Shown: piece by piece, positions 12,882-25,538 of the stretch
How positions within the stretch are numbered: the stretch's first letter is position 1
Layout: every line of letters starts with the position of its first letter
DNA from: Takakia lepidozioides
Taxonomy: Eukaryota > Plantae > Bryophyta
Length of the DNA stretch: 64,000 nt
Assembly (NCBI GenBank): GCA_030704615.1
Contig: CM060734.1
Span: forward strand, 6,882,001-6,946,000
Direction of reading: 5' to 3'
Position numbers and translations under genes: made by a program
The notes under the pieces: generated by a model
Databases searched by the model: none
Seen by the model: only the letters and a program-made list of their open reading frames with translations
What the model was told of the DNA's origin: nothing

Positions 12882-15340
12882 TTAATACAGCATGTGTCTA
12901 CAATGGGGTGCCACGGCCAATAGCTGCCCAATTGTAATCTCAGCTTTGGTCTGGCATATCACTTCAGCCAATGCCACTTCATTATCCTGCACCTGTGAAG
13001 CATCTTGCTTCACTTCATCTTCATCTTCTTCATTTTCTTCTTCAGAGTCTATTGACTCTGCTATAGGGATATCCGTCTGCATTTCCCTTATAGTTTCTGC
13101 CACTTCCTTGTGCAGTTCCTTCTCATCTCTCCATGCCTCATCATCTTCAGGCACATCACTATCATCTTCATTCACATCTTCCTCCTCATCCACTGGAGGT
13201 AATAGTTTAGCCTTGCTTCTGGTAACTATCATTGTACTTACTTCTGGTACAAAACATGGCATAACCATGTGAGCTGCCACTACCGGGCCTTCATTCACAA
13301 GGATTCTCACCTCATTCTGGTGTCTAATCCAGATTGGACAGGCTGACTTGCGATGTCCTTGTTGGTTACAATAGTAACACAATTCTTCACCATCGGGTCC
13401 TCGCCCTTGGTCCATTATGGGATTATTCTATAATCCTAATTCCCTGGCTGGTAATTCCCCTTGGATTACCCTGGTAGTTGCCTCTGGGATTGCCTTGGTA
13501 ATTCCCTCCCTCTTCCTGCCATACCATTGTTATATCCGCCAGGCCTACCATAGTGGTCCTGGTCATTGTTTCTTCTTGGCTGGGTTTGCACTTGATGCAC
13601 CCTCACCTGTCTTGGTTCCCTTGTAGCTGTCTTTCTTTTGCAATAACAATTCTCAGTAGAATGGTTATCCATTTTACAGATAGTACAGTGTTTCTCCTTC
13701 ATGTGTCATTCAGCTGTGGTATGGCCTTCATTTTGGCACTTTGAACACCAGACACCCTTCCTCCAATGTGTTGCAGGCTCTGTGGCATATTTTTTCAACA
13801 TTTCTTCCAAATCTTCTTTCATAGTTATCCCTCTTCAACTTTTCCTTCTTCTTGCTCTTCTTCTTGAGCTCTTGCTCTTCTTCCTCATCTGACTCATCCT
13901 CAGAGTCATCATCATCTTTTTTATCCTTCCTGAGCAATTTCCCTTGCTCAATTTTGTTAGCTGTTTCAAATGCCTCTTCCACTATATTATGGGGTAACAT
14001 ATCCATTTTCTTTTGTAACTTAGGTCTCAGTCCACTCACAAACCAAGTCTTTTGTAAACCTGCTGGTGGTACATCAGGAAGCTTCTTGACCATTAACTCC
14101 ATCTTCTCCAGATATTCTTCAACAGTTTCATGCTTCTTTTGTCTCAACTGTTGTAGACTACCGTACACTTCATCCTCAATTTTGCTTGTCCTAAACTTGT
14201 TTCGGAATGTTGTACTAAGGCCATTCCAGGTTTGAAAATGATTATCAGGAAATCTAGCATACCACTCACTTGCTTTCTTGATAAGTGAACAAGGAAACAA
14301 TCTCAGTTTGGCATCATCACCATTCTCGTTGTTCACTATACACATGTGCTCAAATTGGCTGATGTGTACATCAGGATCCCCTTTTCCTGCATATATCGGA
14401 AAAGGTGGTTTTGCCCGAGTTGGAGCTACTGCTGCCATCAGTGGCCCTACTCCCTGCCCTGTGGCAGGTGCTAGTTCTCCTGTAGGTGCTAGTCCTTGAG
14501 GACCTGCTGTGGTTGTGGTTGAACCCCCACCAGGTGCTGGCCCCTGATCACTCCCTGCTACAGGCCCCCCTGTACTTGCTGTACCCCCAGCTCCAGTTGC
14601 ATTACTTCCCATACTCCCTGTCCCCCCAGAACTAGATCTAGGCTGCCCGCCTGATCCCCCTGAGCTGACACTTGTGTTGTGTCACTTGATCCAGGTCCAA
14701 CAGGTTGGATTGTCCTGGTTGCAGTACCAACATCAGTTGTTGGGTCTACATCTTCATAGTCTTTATCTTCCAAGTTTTTCTCTCTGTTTTCATCTTCCAA
14801 GTTCTTATCTTGGATTTCTTCTTCCTCACTCATATAACTCAATTGGAGTGGTGTTGGAGAGTTTAAACTCTCCGTTGGCTCTGCCTCATCTTCCTCTCCT
14901 TCCTTGGCTGGTGTTTCAGAAACTGGAGTTCCTGCTCCTGGTGTACCATGCCAACTCTGATCAAAGATTTCTGTCAAATCTTTAACCCAGGGATATACCT
15001 CAGATCTTTCCCCTCGTGGCTGATCTTCTTCATGTACCAAATCCCTTAACCTTTCTTGTAAAGAATAAGAAGGAGTGGCATCCAACTTACGTTCTTCCGG
15101 TATGGGTGATGTACTCTCTGGCCTTGATGGTGTGAGAGATCCAGATGATTCCCCTATGTCTATTCATCTCTCCCAAAGATATGGATAAGTAGCTTTCAAG
15201 TAACTCTCTCTTTTTGCTGAATATCTATGAAGTCTTGCTTCCTTTTCATCACTCATCACCCATATCTTTCATATCTTTGATGAGGCAATAACCACAACTC
15301 TCTCCTGTAGTACCTCTCATATATGCTTGTATTTCTTTCA
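12882..15340 (-). pseudogene. Gypsy gag (capsid domain and zinc knuckles)
   Basis: FPIYAGKGDPDVHISQF..KLRLFPCSLIKKASEWY..QLRQKKHETVEEYL..WFVSGL; CTICKMDNHSTENC; CYYCNQQGHRKSAC. Confidence 0.9.
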
Positions 15341-18300
15341 AGCTTGATGATCCAGTTCATCAAGAACTTTGAGCCAAAGACAGGAGCTACGCGGTGAAGG
15401 GTGTGGATATACAAGTTACTCCGCAGTACTTGCAGCAGCTCTTTGATTTACCATCTGGTAAAGTGAGCGTGGATGAGCACAGAGCAAGATTGCAAATGGT
15501 GAATCTTTTCCAAGAAAATAATATACTTGCACAAAAGCCGAGTATCCAGGTTTGAGGGAAATAGGCTAGATACTAAACATTCTGCTTGCCATGAAACAAA
15601 ACCAACAGTATCTCAACAGATCTTTTATTGAAGAAGTTTTGAAGGCTTTGAAGGGAGAGGATGTAGCTTGGGCAGAGATGATGCACAGTGGCCTGGTGGA
15701 GGAAATGAAATGGCTGCAGACCACTACTGCCAAGTCCCCAATTATTGTGTTAGCCCCAATAATTGCACAAATTATCTATGACTCTTGCCTGCTTAGTGCG
15801 CAAGAACGCAAGGTCGTGGGGGTGTTTGAGGCAGCCACAACTGCAGTAGAAGAGCAAAGATCCTCTCAAGAAGAAGGAGGATTGGAGGGGCAGCACCAAT
15901 CCAAGAGACAGAAGAGGGGAGAAACCATAGTGGCGGCTCCACTTGCAACAAGGACCCCTCACGATGATGTTTCCATAGCTCCTGCACAAGATGGGGTGCA
16001 GAAGCCAAACGAGCTGGCATTACTGGAAGCACAACCATTAGAGAGGGAGGAAGAAGTCACTTCAGTACCACGGCCAACACAACAAGTTGACCAAGTTGCC
16101 CCAGAGGTAACTCAAACTGGTCTTGCTATTACACCATAGCCTTTTACTTCAGAGAGAGAGGGATTGGACATCCCCACTACGGAGCAAGTAGTGGCAGAAA
16201 TTGAGAAGAGAGATCTTCTCTATGAAAACTCTGGTATGGTCGGAGACCCAATGGTACCAAAGATACCAAGTCTACCCAAGGATATCTCTGATGTGCAGGT
16301 TATGCCCAAACCTGTGATAGAGGTTGAAGTGGTACAGGGCAAGGGTACTGCAACACTTGTGGTAGATGAGGTTGCTCAAGTACAAGATCTTGTGGGAACT
16401 TGGCCTGATTGGTTTGTGAAACACCAAACTGTTGAAAATCAGGAAGAACAACAGCAGGTTTTCCATGAAGACCCACATCATGCCATGGTTATGGGCTCCA
16501 TAAGCAGGACTCTTAACCTGTTGGGCACCTACTTCAAGACTCATGTTCCTTCCACTCAGTTGGCAGCATTGCAGGAGGAGCTCAAACAGGAGTTTGAGGC
16601 AAGAATTATCACTGAGTGTGCAAACAAAGAGGATGTGGAGGCCAACCTCAAGTTGCAGCAAGACTTGGAAGACTCTAAAGCTGCCCCGCAGCTTGAGAAA
16701 GAGAATTTAATTAGAGCAGGTCTTGAGCAAGAGAAGTTACATGAGGTACATAAGCAGCAGCTATACCAGATGCAAGTTCAGCATGAAGAGAGTTTGCGAA
16801 AAGAGAAAATGCTTAATTTTGGATTGGAAGCAGCCAATCAGAAACTGGTCATACAGTGTGCCGCACTAACGACTAATCTGGAGCTGGCTGCAATGGAAGT
16901 CAAGAAGCAAACTGAGAGATGTATATGGGTGGAGACAAAGACAATGGACACAGGGGAAACTCGTTGCTGACATGAAGGATACTCTCTGTCACAATGATAA
17001 TACAATTCAACAGTTGAAACAGGTCAATGTCGAGAATGACAAGCAACTTTTGGAGTTGCAGCAAAAGATCACAGTGTGGGATAATGAACTATCTGTGAAT
17101 GAAAGGGCATGGAAAGAAGCCAATAACCTGTCAGCTGCCTATGCAGCTCTAGTTGAACCTCATGCGAAGAGAATGGAGAGTTTACAACAGTAGTTGGAAA
17201 CATACAGGTTCAAGGAGGAGCAAAGTGTCTGAAGTGCTACGCAGGACTTAGTGGACAATCACTTCTTACAAGAGTGGTTGACACAAGGGCCAGTGGAAGG
17301 AAAAGCACCTAGGAAGTTGACTCAAGATGAGATGAATGATCTCAGGCTATGGGTGCAGAATATTGCCACAACCACTATAGACAATGTCTATAGTCGCATA
17401 GCCGAGTTGCAGGAGGATGTGGAGGGGCTTCAGACTCAAGTGAATGAGTTGAGTTTCAACATTGAGAAGAGGGCCTTTGTTCCAGAGGAACAGCTACTGG
17501 CTACTTACTTGCAGGCACGGACTTTGATTTTCAATCTTCAGCACAGGAAGTGTCGGCCTTGCCAACACCAGGAGGGACTGCGGCAACATCGCAGCAGCCA
17601 CTTCAGATAGTCAGTCTCGATACCATGGCACAGCAGCAATCAGTCCCTGGGGTTTGGGGTGATGCTTCTTTTAATCCACCTACTACTCCTGCTGCTCTTG
17701 AATACAGTAGAACTATGGTTCTTCCCTTCAACCAAATTCCCATTGTTATGGATGTCGCTTGGAAAGAATTTAGTCCTTCGGAGTCTTTGGCACATTATTA
17801 CCAGATCATGCACATTTGGTTGCCATTGGCAACTCGGACCAAGGTTCTTCCAACCGATAGACCCATTGAGGATCATCATTTTGCAGGTTGTTGGGCTAAG
17901 GCAGGAACAATGTTGAAGGAATTACTTGCCTTCCAGATCATTCACGGGTTCATCTACACCAGGACCAAGGAAGTACCTAGTCTGGTCATGGGCTGTGGGA
18001 TGTACTGTGCTGCTTGCTTTGTTTTACGCTACCACACTGAGCAGCAGAAATTGCAAATGAGGTTCCAGACTTATTCCAGTGGGGAGCATTGGACATTACC
18101 TCCAGTTCCAGATCACAAGTATATGTATGATGTGAGGGTCATGCTTCAACGGGATCCAAAACTCTGTCTTTGGTTTTCTTCTGCTCTGGAGCACTTGGCC
18201 AAGGAGAACTTTGACTATGACCCAATTTTTCCCAAGGGGCATGAGGCCAGGAAATGGCTGCAATTTTCAAAGGTGATAGGCACAACACTCTGCTATACAA

Positions 18301-18449
18301 ATGACGAGCTGCGAATATATACTGGTCTTGCCCGCAAGAGGTTGGCACAAGTCTTACAATATAATGTTCCGGACATGGTGGGCATACACTGTTTGCCAAT
18401 TAAACTTCCAGTGAAGCCCAGGAAACCGAAAGCCCAGATGAGACAGTGA
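15341..18449 (+). pseudogene. Extra ORF(s) between integrase and 3' LTR (plant-transposon-protein-like N-part, coiled coil, unknown C-terminal globular domain)
   Basis: LMIQFIKNFEPKTGATAVKGVDIQVTPQYLQQLFDLPSG, then co-directional ORFs 15591, 16164, 16972, 17251 and 17550. Its N-terminus lies at ~7993-8138 on the other side of an inversion breakpoint. Confidence 0.65.
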
Positions 18450-18668
18450 TTCTAATACCACTGGTTCTTTGGAGGGCAATTTTGACATGGCTGACGATTA
18501 TGAGACACAAATGGAGGAGAAGAAACGACAAGGATCTCCTATGCCTGAGAAATTGCCACCATATCAACCCAAGACAGGACAATCAGCTCCATCTAGTCGG
18601 CAGTCATCCCCACTAGCCAAAGACACGGCTCGGGCTCATACACAGATCCCTCAGAGGGACTCTCATAA

Positions 18669-19669
18669 TGTTACAGGGCTGTCTGGGACTTAGATAGTTT
18701 TACGGGTTCTGTGGGGTACCCTTAATTTTGCGCAGGTCTTAGGGGTGGCAGACTCAGACCAGCACAAGCCTTAGGGATGTCTTAGGGGTGGCAGACAGCC
18801 TCACACAGTCAGCAGTCACAGGCTAACATAGCCTATCACAGCCTGTCACAGTTAGCCACAGTCAGGCACAGTCACAGCCTGACACAGCCGACATAGCCCG
18901 ATACAGCATACAGTCGACACAGTCTGTCACAGCCCTACACGTCACAGTCTGACACAGCCAGTCACAGCCCGGCACAATCACAGCCCGACACAGATTGGCA
19001 CAACCTGTCACAGCGTCACACAGGTCACAGCTTGACATAGGGAACGGTTATCACTGGTAGGGAACGAGTGTGCGGGAACGTCAATAGCAAGGGGAACGAC
19101 AGTACTTACGTACTGTCTTGGTTGGCAGTTAGTTAGTTAGGCGGTTAGAACAGCTTGTAGATGCATTATGCAGAGTAGCTACATGGAGGGGATCACTTCT
19201 GGCATCACTTCGGGGGAGAGCACGATCTTGGAGCAGAGGGGACGAGAGAGCACACGGAGGAGGAGAAAATGATTGATGTAGCTTGATACATGCAAGCCGT
19301 AGAGATGTACTGTAGGGCAGAATAGAGACACCATGGCTTCGGCCTGATACATGATAGATATTAATATGATTCCTATTTCATACTCACACTGTGTAGAGAG
19401 ATCTGAGTGAAGCTGTGGAATGAATGCTTAAGTAGATGGAACATGGTAGATTGTAGAAGCAATCTGATACTTAAACCTAGGCAGTAAGGTAACTTACTAA
19501 ACATGACTGTAAGAAGGAATAGACATAGGAAAGCACCCCCATGATACACTAGCTGTAGGTCATGACTGATTGTTCTGAACGGGCTGAGTGCTTAGAGATT
19601 TCCAACTCTTCTATCTTGGAGTTTCCACCTCAGATAGCTAAGGGATGGGTGAGTAAAAGCTGCTCAACA
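18669..19669 (+). repeat. 3' LTR of the Gypsy element
   Basis: tgttacaggg...gctgctcaaca; inverted copy of 8649-9650. Confidence 0.92.
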
Positions 19670-20808
19670 ATCGGATGTGCGAGACATTGCACGCACGAAG
19701 CGGGAGTAGGGGCAAGGTACAATACGAGGCTGCAGCTCACTCACATTGGCTAATACTTCCCTACCCTGCGTGTACATCTTCTATTCCCTTACTGTCATAT
19801 TAACTCGCCGTCTTTCAGCTTGACAGTAGAAGCTGTGTGGATATCTGTTCATGGCAGAATACAGACTGGGCATGCAACTGTGTCATAGTCACATAATTGT
19901 AGCACACAATTTCACAGCCACTTTCCTGAAGATTCCCATGAGGGCCGAACAGAAGCTGACACCGAGGGGTACGTGGGATCCATGCACAGGATCGTCTTTG
20001 AAGCGCATTGAAAGAAGATGGCAGTGGGCACAAATGTCCCTTTGTCACTAACACAACAAGGAACCACCCCGCCGCAGTTCGAAAAACTCATGAACGTGCC
20101 GTTACTGTACATACCCCGAAAAGAATTGGATGATGTATGAGATGAAACCCCAACCACCATCCATCTATGTCGTCCACATAGACGGGTGTCTTGGAAGAAG
20201 ATAGTCTTGCCCTCCTCATTTCGCACTAGTCACACTGGAGCCTCCCAAGAAAGAAACCGTCTCTACAAAGAAGAGAGCGCGGCGCAAGTCACTTTACTTC
20301 ACGTCGGCGAGGCAGAGGTTGAAAGCGAGGGAGAGGATGAGGAAAACGTGTAGGGCATTAGATCTTTCTGAGGGAGAGAGCGACCGTGAGGGGGAGGGTT
20401 CTATGGCGGAAGGTACGCAAACTCGGGGAGGTGAGGAGCTCTCTGTGGACAAGCAGCTAGAGGAGATGTTGGATCTGCCACTGTTGCGGGAGGCTGAGAT
20501 GGAGAGAATGGCACCTATAAGGGAGGAGGCAGGCGGAAGAACCCTAGGCGGCAGTCCTGTCGAGGAAGTGGCTAGGGAGCAAAATGTGCAGAGGGTCGTT
20601 GCCACATGGGAGCGTCCATCAAACCCTGCATTGTCTTTGTGGTGGTTGAAGGAGAAGGCTCAAGGGGAAGCCAGCATGCGTGCAGAAGATGTGGACAAGG
20701 ACAGTGGTCGACATAGTCTGATTCAGGTTAGTGGAGCACAATTTGTGTTAGTTCTTGCTTTCTTAGAGAGGGCAACAGAGCCTGAGCAGCAGTGTCGTGA
20801 GTGCCATT

Positions 20809-22255
20809 TTAAGCTGCCGTTGACGGCAGCTTAATCTGTCCTCGCATCATCCCTGCCACTACCCTCCTATTGGATTGTCAATCGTCCGGAAGCAGGGACA
20901 GAATAAGATATCGTCAGCTGAAGCTTAATCTGCCTTTTGTAGGAGCACTCATTTGCTAAAAGAGAGGCTCAAAGAGGAGCACCAGGCCACCAGCTTGTCT
21001 CATGCTTGCATATCAAATATGAGTATTTGGGATGTTTTAAGGAGGACGATTTAGGTAATGTTGATGACACCTTAATCTGGGGCTGATTTTGTTTTGCAAG
21101 CAAACATTGGTTTGCAACGAAAACGAAAGAAGGCGTGGGAGAGTCTACGCGAGTTACCCACTGAGGAACAGGGACCAGACAGGATGCCAATATTGCAAGA
21201 AGACGATGACACTGTAAATGAGGATGAGGTGTAGAGGGAGCTGTCGCCGCCGGGGGCTATGGCGAGAGTGGAGGAGCCAATGGACACACAGGTGCGTTCG
21301 AAGGAAAGGCTCCAAGTGCAAGAGACCAAGTGAGGTGGAGACCAGGGCTCTTCCAGTGGTGTGCAGAAGCAAACGAAAGTTAGTCCATCTCTTACAATTG
21401 ATGCTTTTGAATTCCAAGTTGAATGTGAATAGAGACAGAGGCAGGAGTTGAAGATGCAGATTAAGGCATCATTGACGATAGCTTAATGTGGCCTGTGAGG
21501 GTTAGGCAAGACTAGAGCAGAGTCTCCATTGATAGCATAGAGGAGGACTCCGAATAAGTCATCATTGACGACAGCTTAAACTAGCCCCTCTTTTCCATTC
21601 CAATGGTTACTATGATGAATAAGCAACGAGGCAGATCGCAACATGCTTTCCTTGCTGAGGGGTAGTTTGTAGTAGAGAGGAAATGGGTGATTAAGGCATC
21701 GTTGACGACAGCTTAATGTCGCCTTTCATTTCTGTTCTGAGGGTCTGTTTGAAAAATGAGAAAATAGGCAACTTAGGGAAACGTCTCTATTGTGACAGTC
21801 AGTATGAAGCTGTGAGGAGGGGAAAGATCAAGGCATTGTTGACGACAGCTTCATGTCGCCTTTCATTTCTGTTGTTAGGGTCTGTTTGAAAAATGAAAAA
21901 ACAGGCAACTCAGGGAAACGTCTCCATTGTGACAATTAGTATGAAGCTGTGAGGAGGGGAAAGATCAAGGCATCGTTGACGAAAACTTAATGTGGACTGT
22001 CAATGCCTGATTGAGGGTTAGTTTGAATCATAGAGGAGGACGCATATCCCTGGCATCATTTGCATTGTGAAGGTTACTACAAAAGGGGGAGGAGGAGGTA
22101 GATTAAGGCATCGTCGAAGACACCTTAATGTGCCTGTGATTTCCATTGTGAGGGAGAGTTTGAAACTGAAATAAGAAGGCACATAATGGCATCGTTGCCC
22201 TAATTTCAAGTAGAGAAGAGGATGCAAATTGTGCCATCGTTGACGATGCCTTAAT
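20809..22255. repeat. Array of an imperfect ~26-bp palindrome (ttaaggcatcgttgacgacagcttaa), partly within ~137-bp tandem units
   Basis: Copies at ~20809, 21461, 21557, 21691, 21829, 21966, 22103 and 22231, with 138/137/137-bp spacing from 21691. Another copy at ~5708-5733. Confidence 0.8.
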
Positions 22256-22477
22256 ATCTCCCTGGAACTGATGCCTAAACACATGGAACTTTGCAGAAGA
22301 AAAGGAAGAAAGCGGGGGAAGGCCAGCCTGCACATGAGACAGCTGTTCCTGAAGAGAGGGCGGTCGACCCACATGAGAATTATGAAGATAAAGTGCATTC
22401 TCTTATGTACATATCCAAAGTGAACACCAGAAAGGTAATCAACTCCATGGAAGTAAGAGACGACACCCTACATCACT

Positions 22478-22991
22478 TTTGATTTTCCAGGGTGAGGACA
22501 TGGCATCCCGCCGGATCCTACACAGCTACATGAAGTCATTGGGGTCCAAATCTGCAAAATATGGACTTGCATAAATACCCTACCTCTTTCGAGTGCCGAG
22601 TTTCCAGGGCAGAAGGTACTCCCTTGGGCCTTCATTGTCTGTTCTCATGTGCTACCATGCATCAAATCATTTCTTAACACAATTCCCTTGGTGCTGCTGC
22701 AGACCCATGTCTTCAAGGCCATTTGCCTTGCTCGAATTCGGCCAGACAACACTCCTACTCATCTTGGGCTTTTCGACGTTTGGGGGGGAGCCTGGCTTCA
22801 CATAGACCCGGAATGTGACCTAGTGGATGCCGATGTCATTCACAACTATGTGGACTCCACGCAGACACTGAAAAGAGCAGGTGGCATTCCATGGAGAGGT
22901 GCTCGGGAGAAATCCCCCACTTTCATGCAGACTTTGATTGAGACATGCAGCCCGCATGGTGGCAAAGTGGTGGACCTCTCCATGGGCACAA
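22478..22991 (+). pseudogene. N6-adenine/N4-cytosine (beta-class-like) DNA methyltransferase, 5' exons (5'-truncated, frameshifted)
   Basis: LIFQGEDMASRRILHSYMKSLG..IWTCINTLPL, GT-AG intron ~22617-22702, then ..PWRGAREKSPTFMQTLIETCSPHGGKVVDLSMGT|gtgagt. This resembles the N6_N4_Mtase segment (TQKPxxLLERLIxxSSxxGDxVLDPFxGSG). Confidence 0.7.
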
Positions 22992-23929
22992 GTGAGTGCC
23001 GAATCACTTCCCATTTGTTGGCACTACTGCAAAAAGGGGGGGTTAGTGACGGCAGCCGCGCCCCCATGCCCCGCGCGGTGCTGAGCGTGCGACGCCGGCG
23101 CCACGGCGCCATTTGTGACGCTGGGGCATGGCAAGGCGGCGCCCCGACGCTGCTTGTGACGTTGCCGCGTCGCAACCCAGCGCCCAGGTGTTGCCCCCCA
23201 GCGCCGGGGCCATCCTACAATGCCGGGACGTGGCAAGGTGGCCTCAAGGGCAAGAGGTGGCTTCTTGCCACGCCTGGCCATCGCAAAGGGGGGTGACCCC
23301 ACTTGCCACACTTGGGCATGGCAAGGTGGCTTGAAGGGGGAAAAGACCTCTGCGACGGCCGGGCGTGGCAAGGAGGTATTGCGACGGGGTTTTTTGGCTT
23401 GCCACGGTGGGGGGGTGGCAAGGGGGGGCCGTCTTTTTCTTTGAGTTAAGGGGTAGGGAGAGGGGATGGGGACGGGGGATGGGACTCTAGGGGGGCGCCC
23501 CCACCTCTCTGTTTTTCTTTCTTTGCCCCCCCTCTCTCTCTCCCTCCTCCCTCTCTCTCTTGGTTGTTAATAGATTTGTTTGCAAGATGGCTGTCCCATT
23601 CAACATTTTCAAGGACTTCCACTAATGGGAAGATGCGGACTAGTATTGTGAGTCAGTGTTCTAGGTCAGCTCAAAAACACAAACATCTCCTTCCTCAAGG
23701 CACCTTGGGAGGGCAGCATTGAGACCGCGATCCCCGCGCGACCTCCGAGCCGCCGCCGCAGGTATGCTCCACGCCTCTGCTTGCTGCCCTTTCCTTTCTT
23801 CCCTCTTTCCCTCCCCCACTCTTCTCTCCACAAGCTTTTGGCCCGGCGGTGGATACCAATCCTACGGAGCCATGAATTCACCCCAGTATGGATCCAAGGA
23901 TACTCCCTAGGTGGTGGAGTTACCTGCCT

Positions 23930-24110
23930 TCGTATACCAAACTTATCAAACACTTGAACAATAAAATTAGAGTATGAAACGAGAGTGAAGACAAGCTGGT
24001 CTCCGATTTTGAGGTCGTGGTCGAATGCAAACTTCCTCCACCTGCCAATCACAAAACAACATTCGCTCATACTACATCTACTTCGGGGACTAGGCCATAT
24101 CCTCAAACTC
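23930..24110 (-). pseudogene. Captured B3 DNA-binding domain fragment (REM/VRN1-like)
   Basis: LRIWP..CCFVIGRWRKFAFDHDLKIGDQLVFTLVSYSNFIVQVFDKFG matches the B3 signature GWxxFxxDHxLKxGDxLVF. Confidence 0.75.
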
Positions 24111-24344
24111 ATCCCCGCTACTCGTTGAGGCTGATGACTCCGAGGTGTCATGGCCAGACCGACCATGCGCTTGAGCACTTGAAACATCTATCACTCCCAC
24201 AGAGCTCTGGTCCAATCCCATTTCATCCCCCACCTCATCAAAACTAATGTCCTATGTTGCACTCCCCACTATGTGGGTCATGATATTCATGAGCCCATGC
24301 CAACCATGCTCCTTGGTGTACTCGAACTCCACCGAAGATGGCCC

Positions 24345-24597
24345 ATGAGCATTGGGGTAATATCTCCATATGAGGGTCAGGTGGAGATTGTTAAGCAGTG
24401 CCTGAAAAAGCAGACGCACATCAGATAGTCATGGATTAGGATTGGAACTCATTGATGTGCAGGTCAAATCAATTGATGGCTTCCAAGGGAGAGAAAAAGA
24501 TATCATCATATATTCTGCTGTCCGAGCAAATAGAGCTAGCAACATAGGCTTCCTGGACAATGAAAGCAGGCTAAATGTTGCACTGACTCATGACAGG
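24345..24597 (+). pseudogene. Captured SF1 (UPF1/SEN1-like) helicase C-terminal fragment
   Basis: SIGVISPYEGQV...[39 protein letters not shown] (motifs IV-VI). Confidence 0.85.
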
Positions 24598-25184
24598 TGC
24601 TTACCTTTGTACACCCTGATTTGTCCCCTTCCCAACTGTCTGCCCCCATTAGAGGTTTCATAAAGCTTCCCTTTATCTTGCATGTGAGCTTAGCGACCAA
24701 GCAAGGTTGGAGATAGGGTAAGATGATAGTAGATGCTGTAGAGACTAATGACTGAGCAAATGAAGGTGAACAGTCAAACGTGGCAAGGCCAAGGGTTAGG
24801 CCTTTGGATAGCAGGCAGCAAATACCAAGGGGTATTCTCAGAGCAAGGGAATCCTCAGGGAGGATCTGATGTGAGTGTTTGGGGAGGGAGCCACACAGGC
24901 CTGTTCTTGATAAGCAAGACTAAGAGCATAGCATGCTATGGTACTCCTTGGCAAGTAGCAAGATGAGGATTCAACCATCACATCACCGCATTCACTAAAG
25001 GCATGAACAGAATCAAGACACAAGGAACAAACAAGGAATTTTGTGACAAGACCCCACCTCTCTATTTTTCTTTCCTTGCCCTCTCTCCCTCTCTCAGGCT
25101 CTCTCATTCTCTCTCCCTCTCTTTTGTGCTACTCACCAAAAACAAAAAAAACCAGAACTTGTAGATTGTGACCTTCATCGAGAC

Positions 25185-25337
25185 CGTGATGTACATGTGA
25201 TGGGTGTAATTTTTTGGATATCCCATTAACATTTCCACCTCCATGTGATTTACATAGCGTAGAGTCTTGGTGCCGATTTGCATCACTTGCTCCAGTTGCA
25301 CGTTGTTGCTTTTGTGGGAGTCGTTTGACACAACCAC
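25185..25337 (-). pseudogene. Captured DRM/DNMT3-type C5 methyltransferase fragment (motif IX)
   Basis: LRYVNHMEVEMLMGYPKNYT resembles the DRM motif EVEMLLGFPKNHT. Confidence 0.55.
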
Positions 25338-25373
25338 CTAAGTCGTAGCAATCGTAACATCCATTTCAGGATC

Positions 25374-25374
<1 letters not shown>

Positions 25375-25419
<45 letters not shown>
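25375..25419. repeat. (GA)n microsatellite
   Basis: Perfect AG run. Confidence 0.95.
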
Positions 25420-25423
<4 letters not shown>

Positions 25424-25538
25424 TGCAAGACCATTGATGAATCATAGAAAAAGCTACAATATGCATGTACATGTACAATCAATCGAAGGGATGGGTACAG
25501 TTCCGTGCGAGAATTATTATGTAGCTTTGATTATGTGT

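Larger units (their letters stand above)
5773..19669. mobile_element. Ty3/Gypsy (non-chromovirus, Athila/Tat-like) LTR retrotransposon, rearranged by two overlapping inversions
   Basis: Two ~1-kb TG...CA LTRs, PBS-like TGG, gag, protease, RT, RNase H, integrase and an extra ORF are all present but on mixed strands. Degenerate 5-bp TSD (gttgg / atcgg in element orientation). Confidence 0.9.

Noticed and set aside
8649-19669. Novel retroelement with long terminal inverted repeats (DIRS- or Polinton-like), or antisense gag-pol
   Set aside because: Split reading frames at four breakpoints restore a canonical direct-LTR Gypsy with a DDE integrase. No tyrosine recombinase or DNA polymerase B is present.
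21461-22255. CRISPR-like array of palindromic repeats
   Set aside because: Eukaryotic context, no cas genes, degenerate repeats, and ~110-bp spacers of which two are near-identical (tandem duplication).
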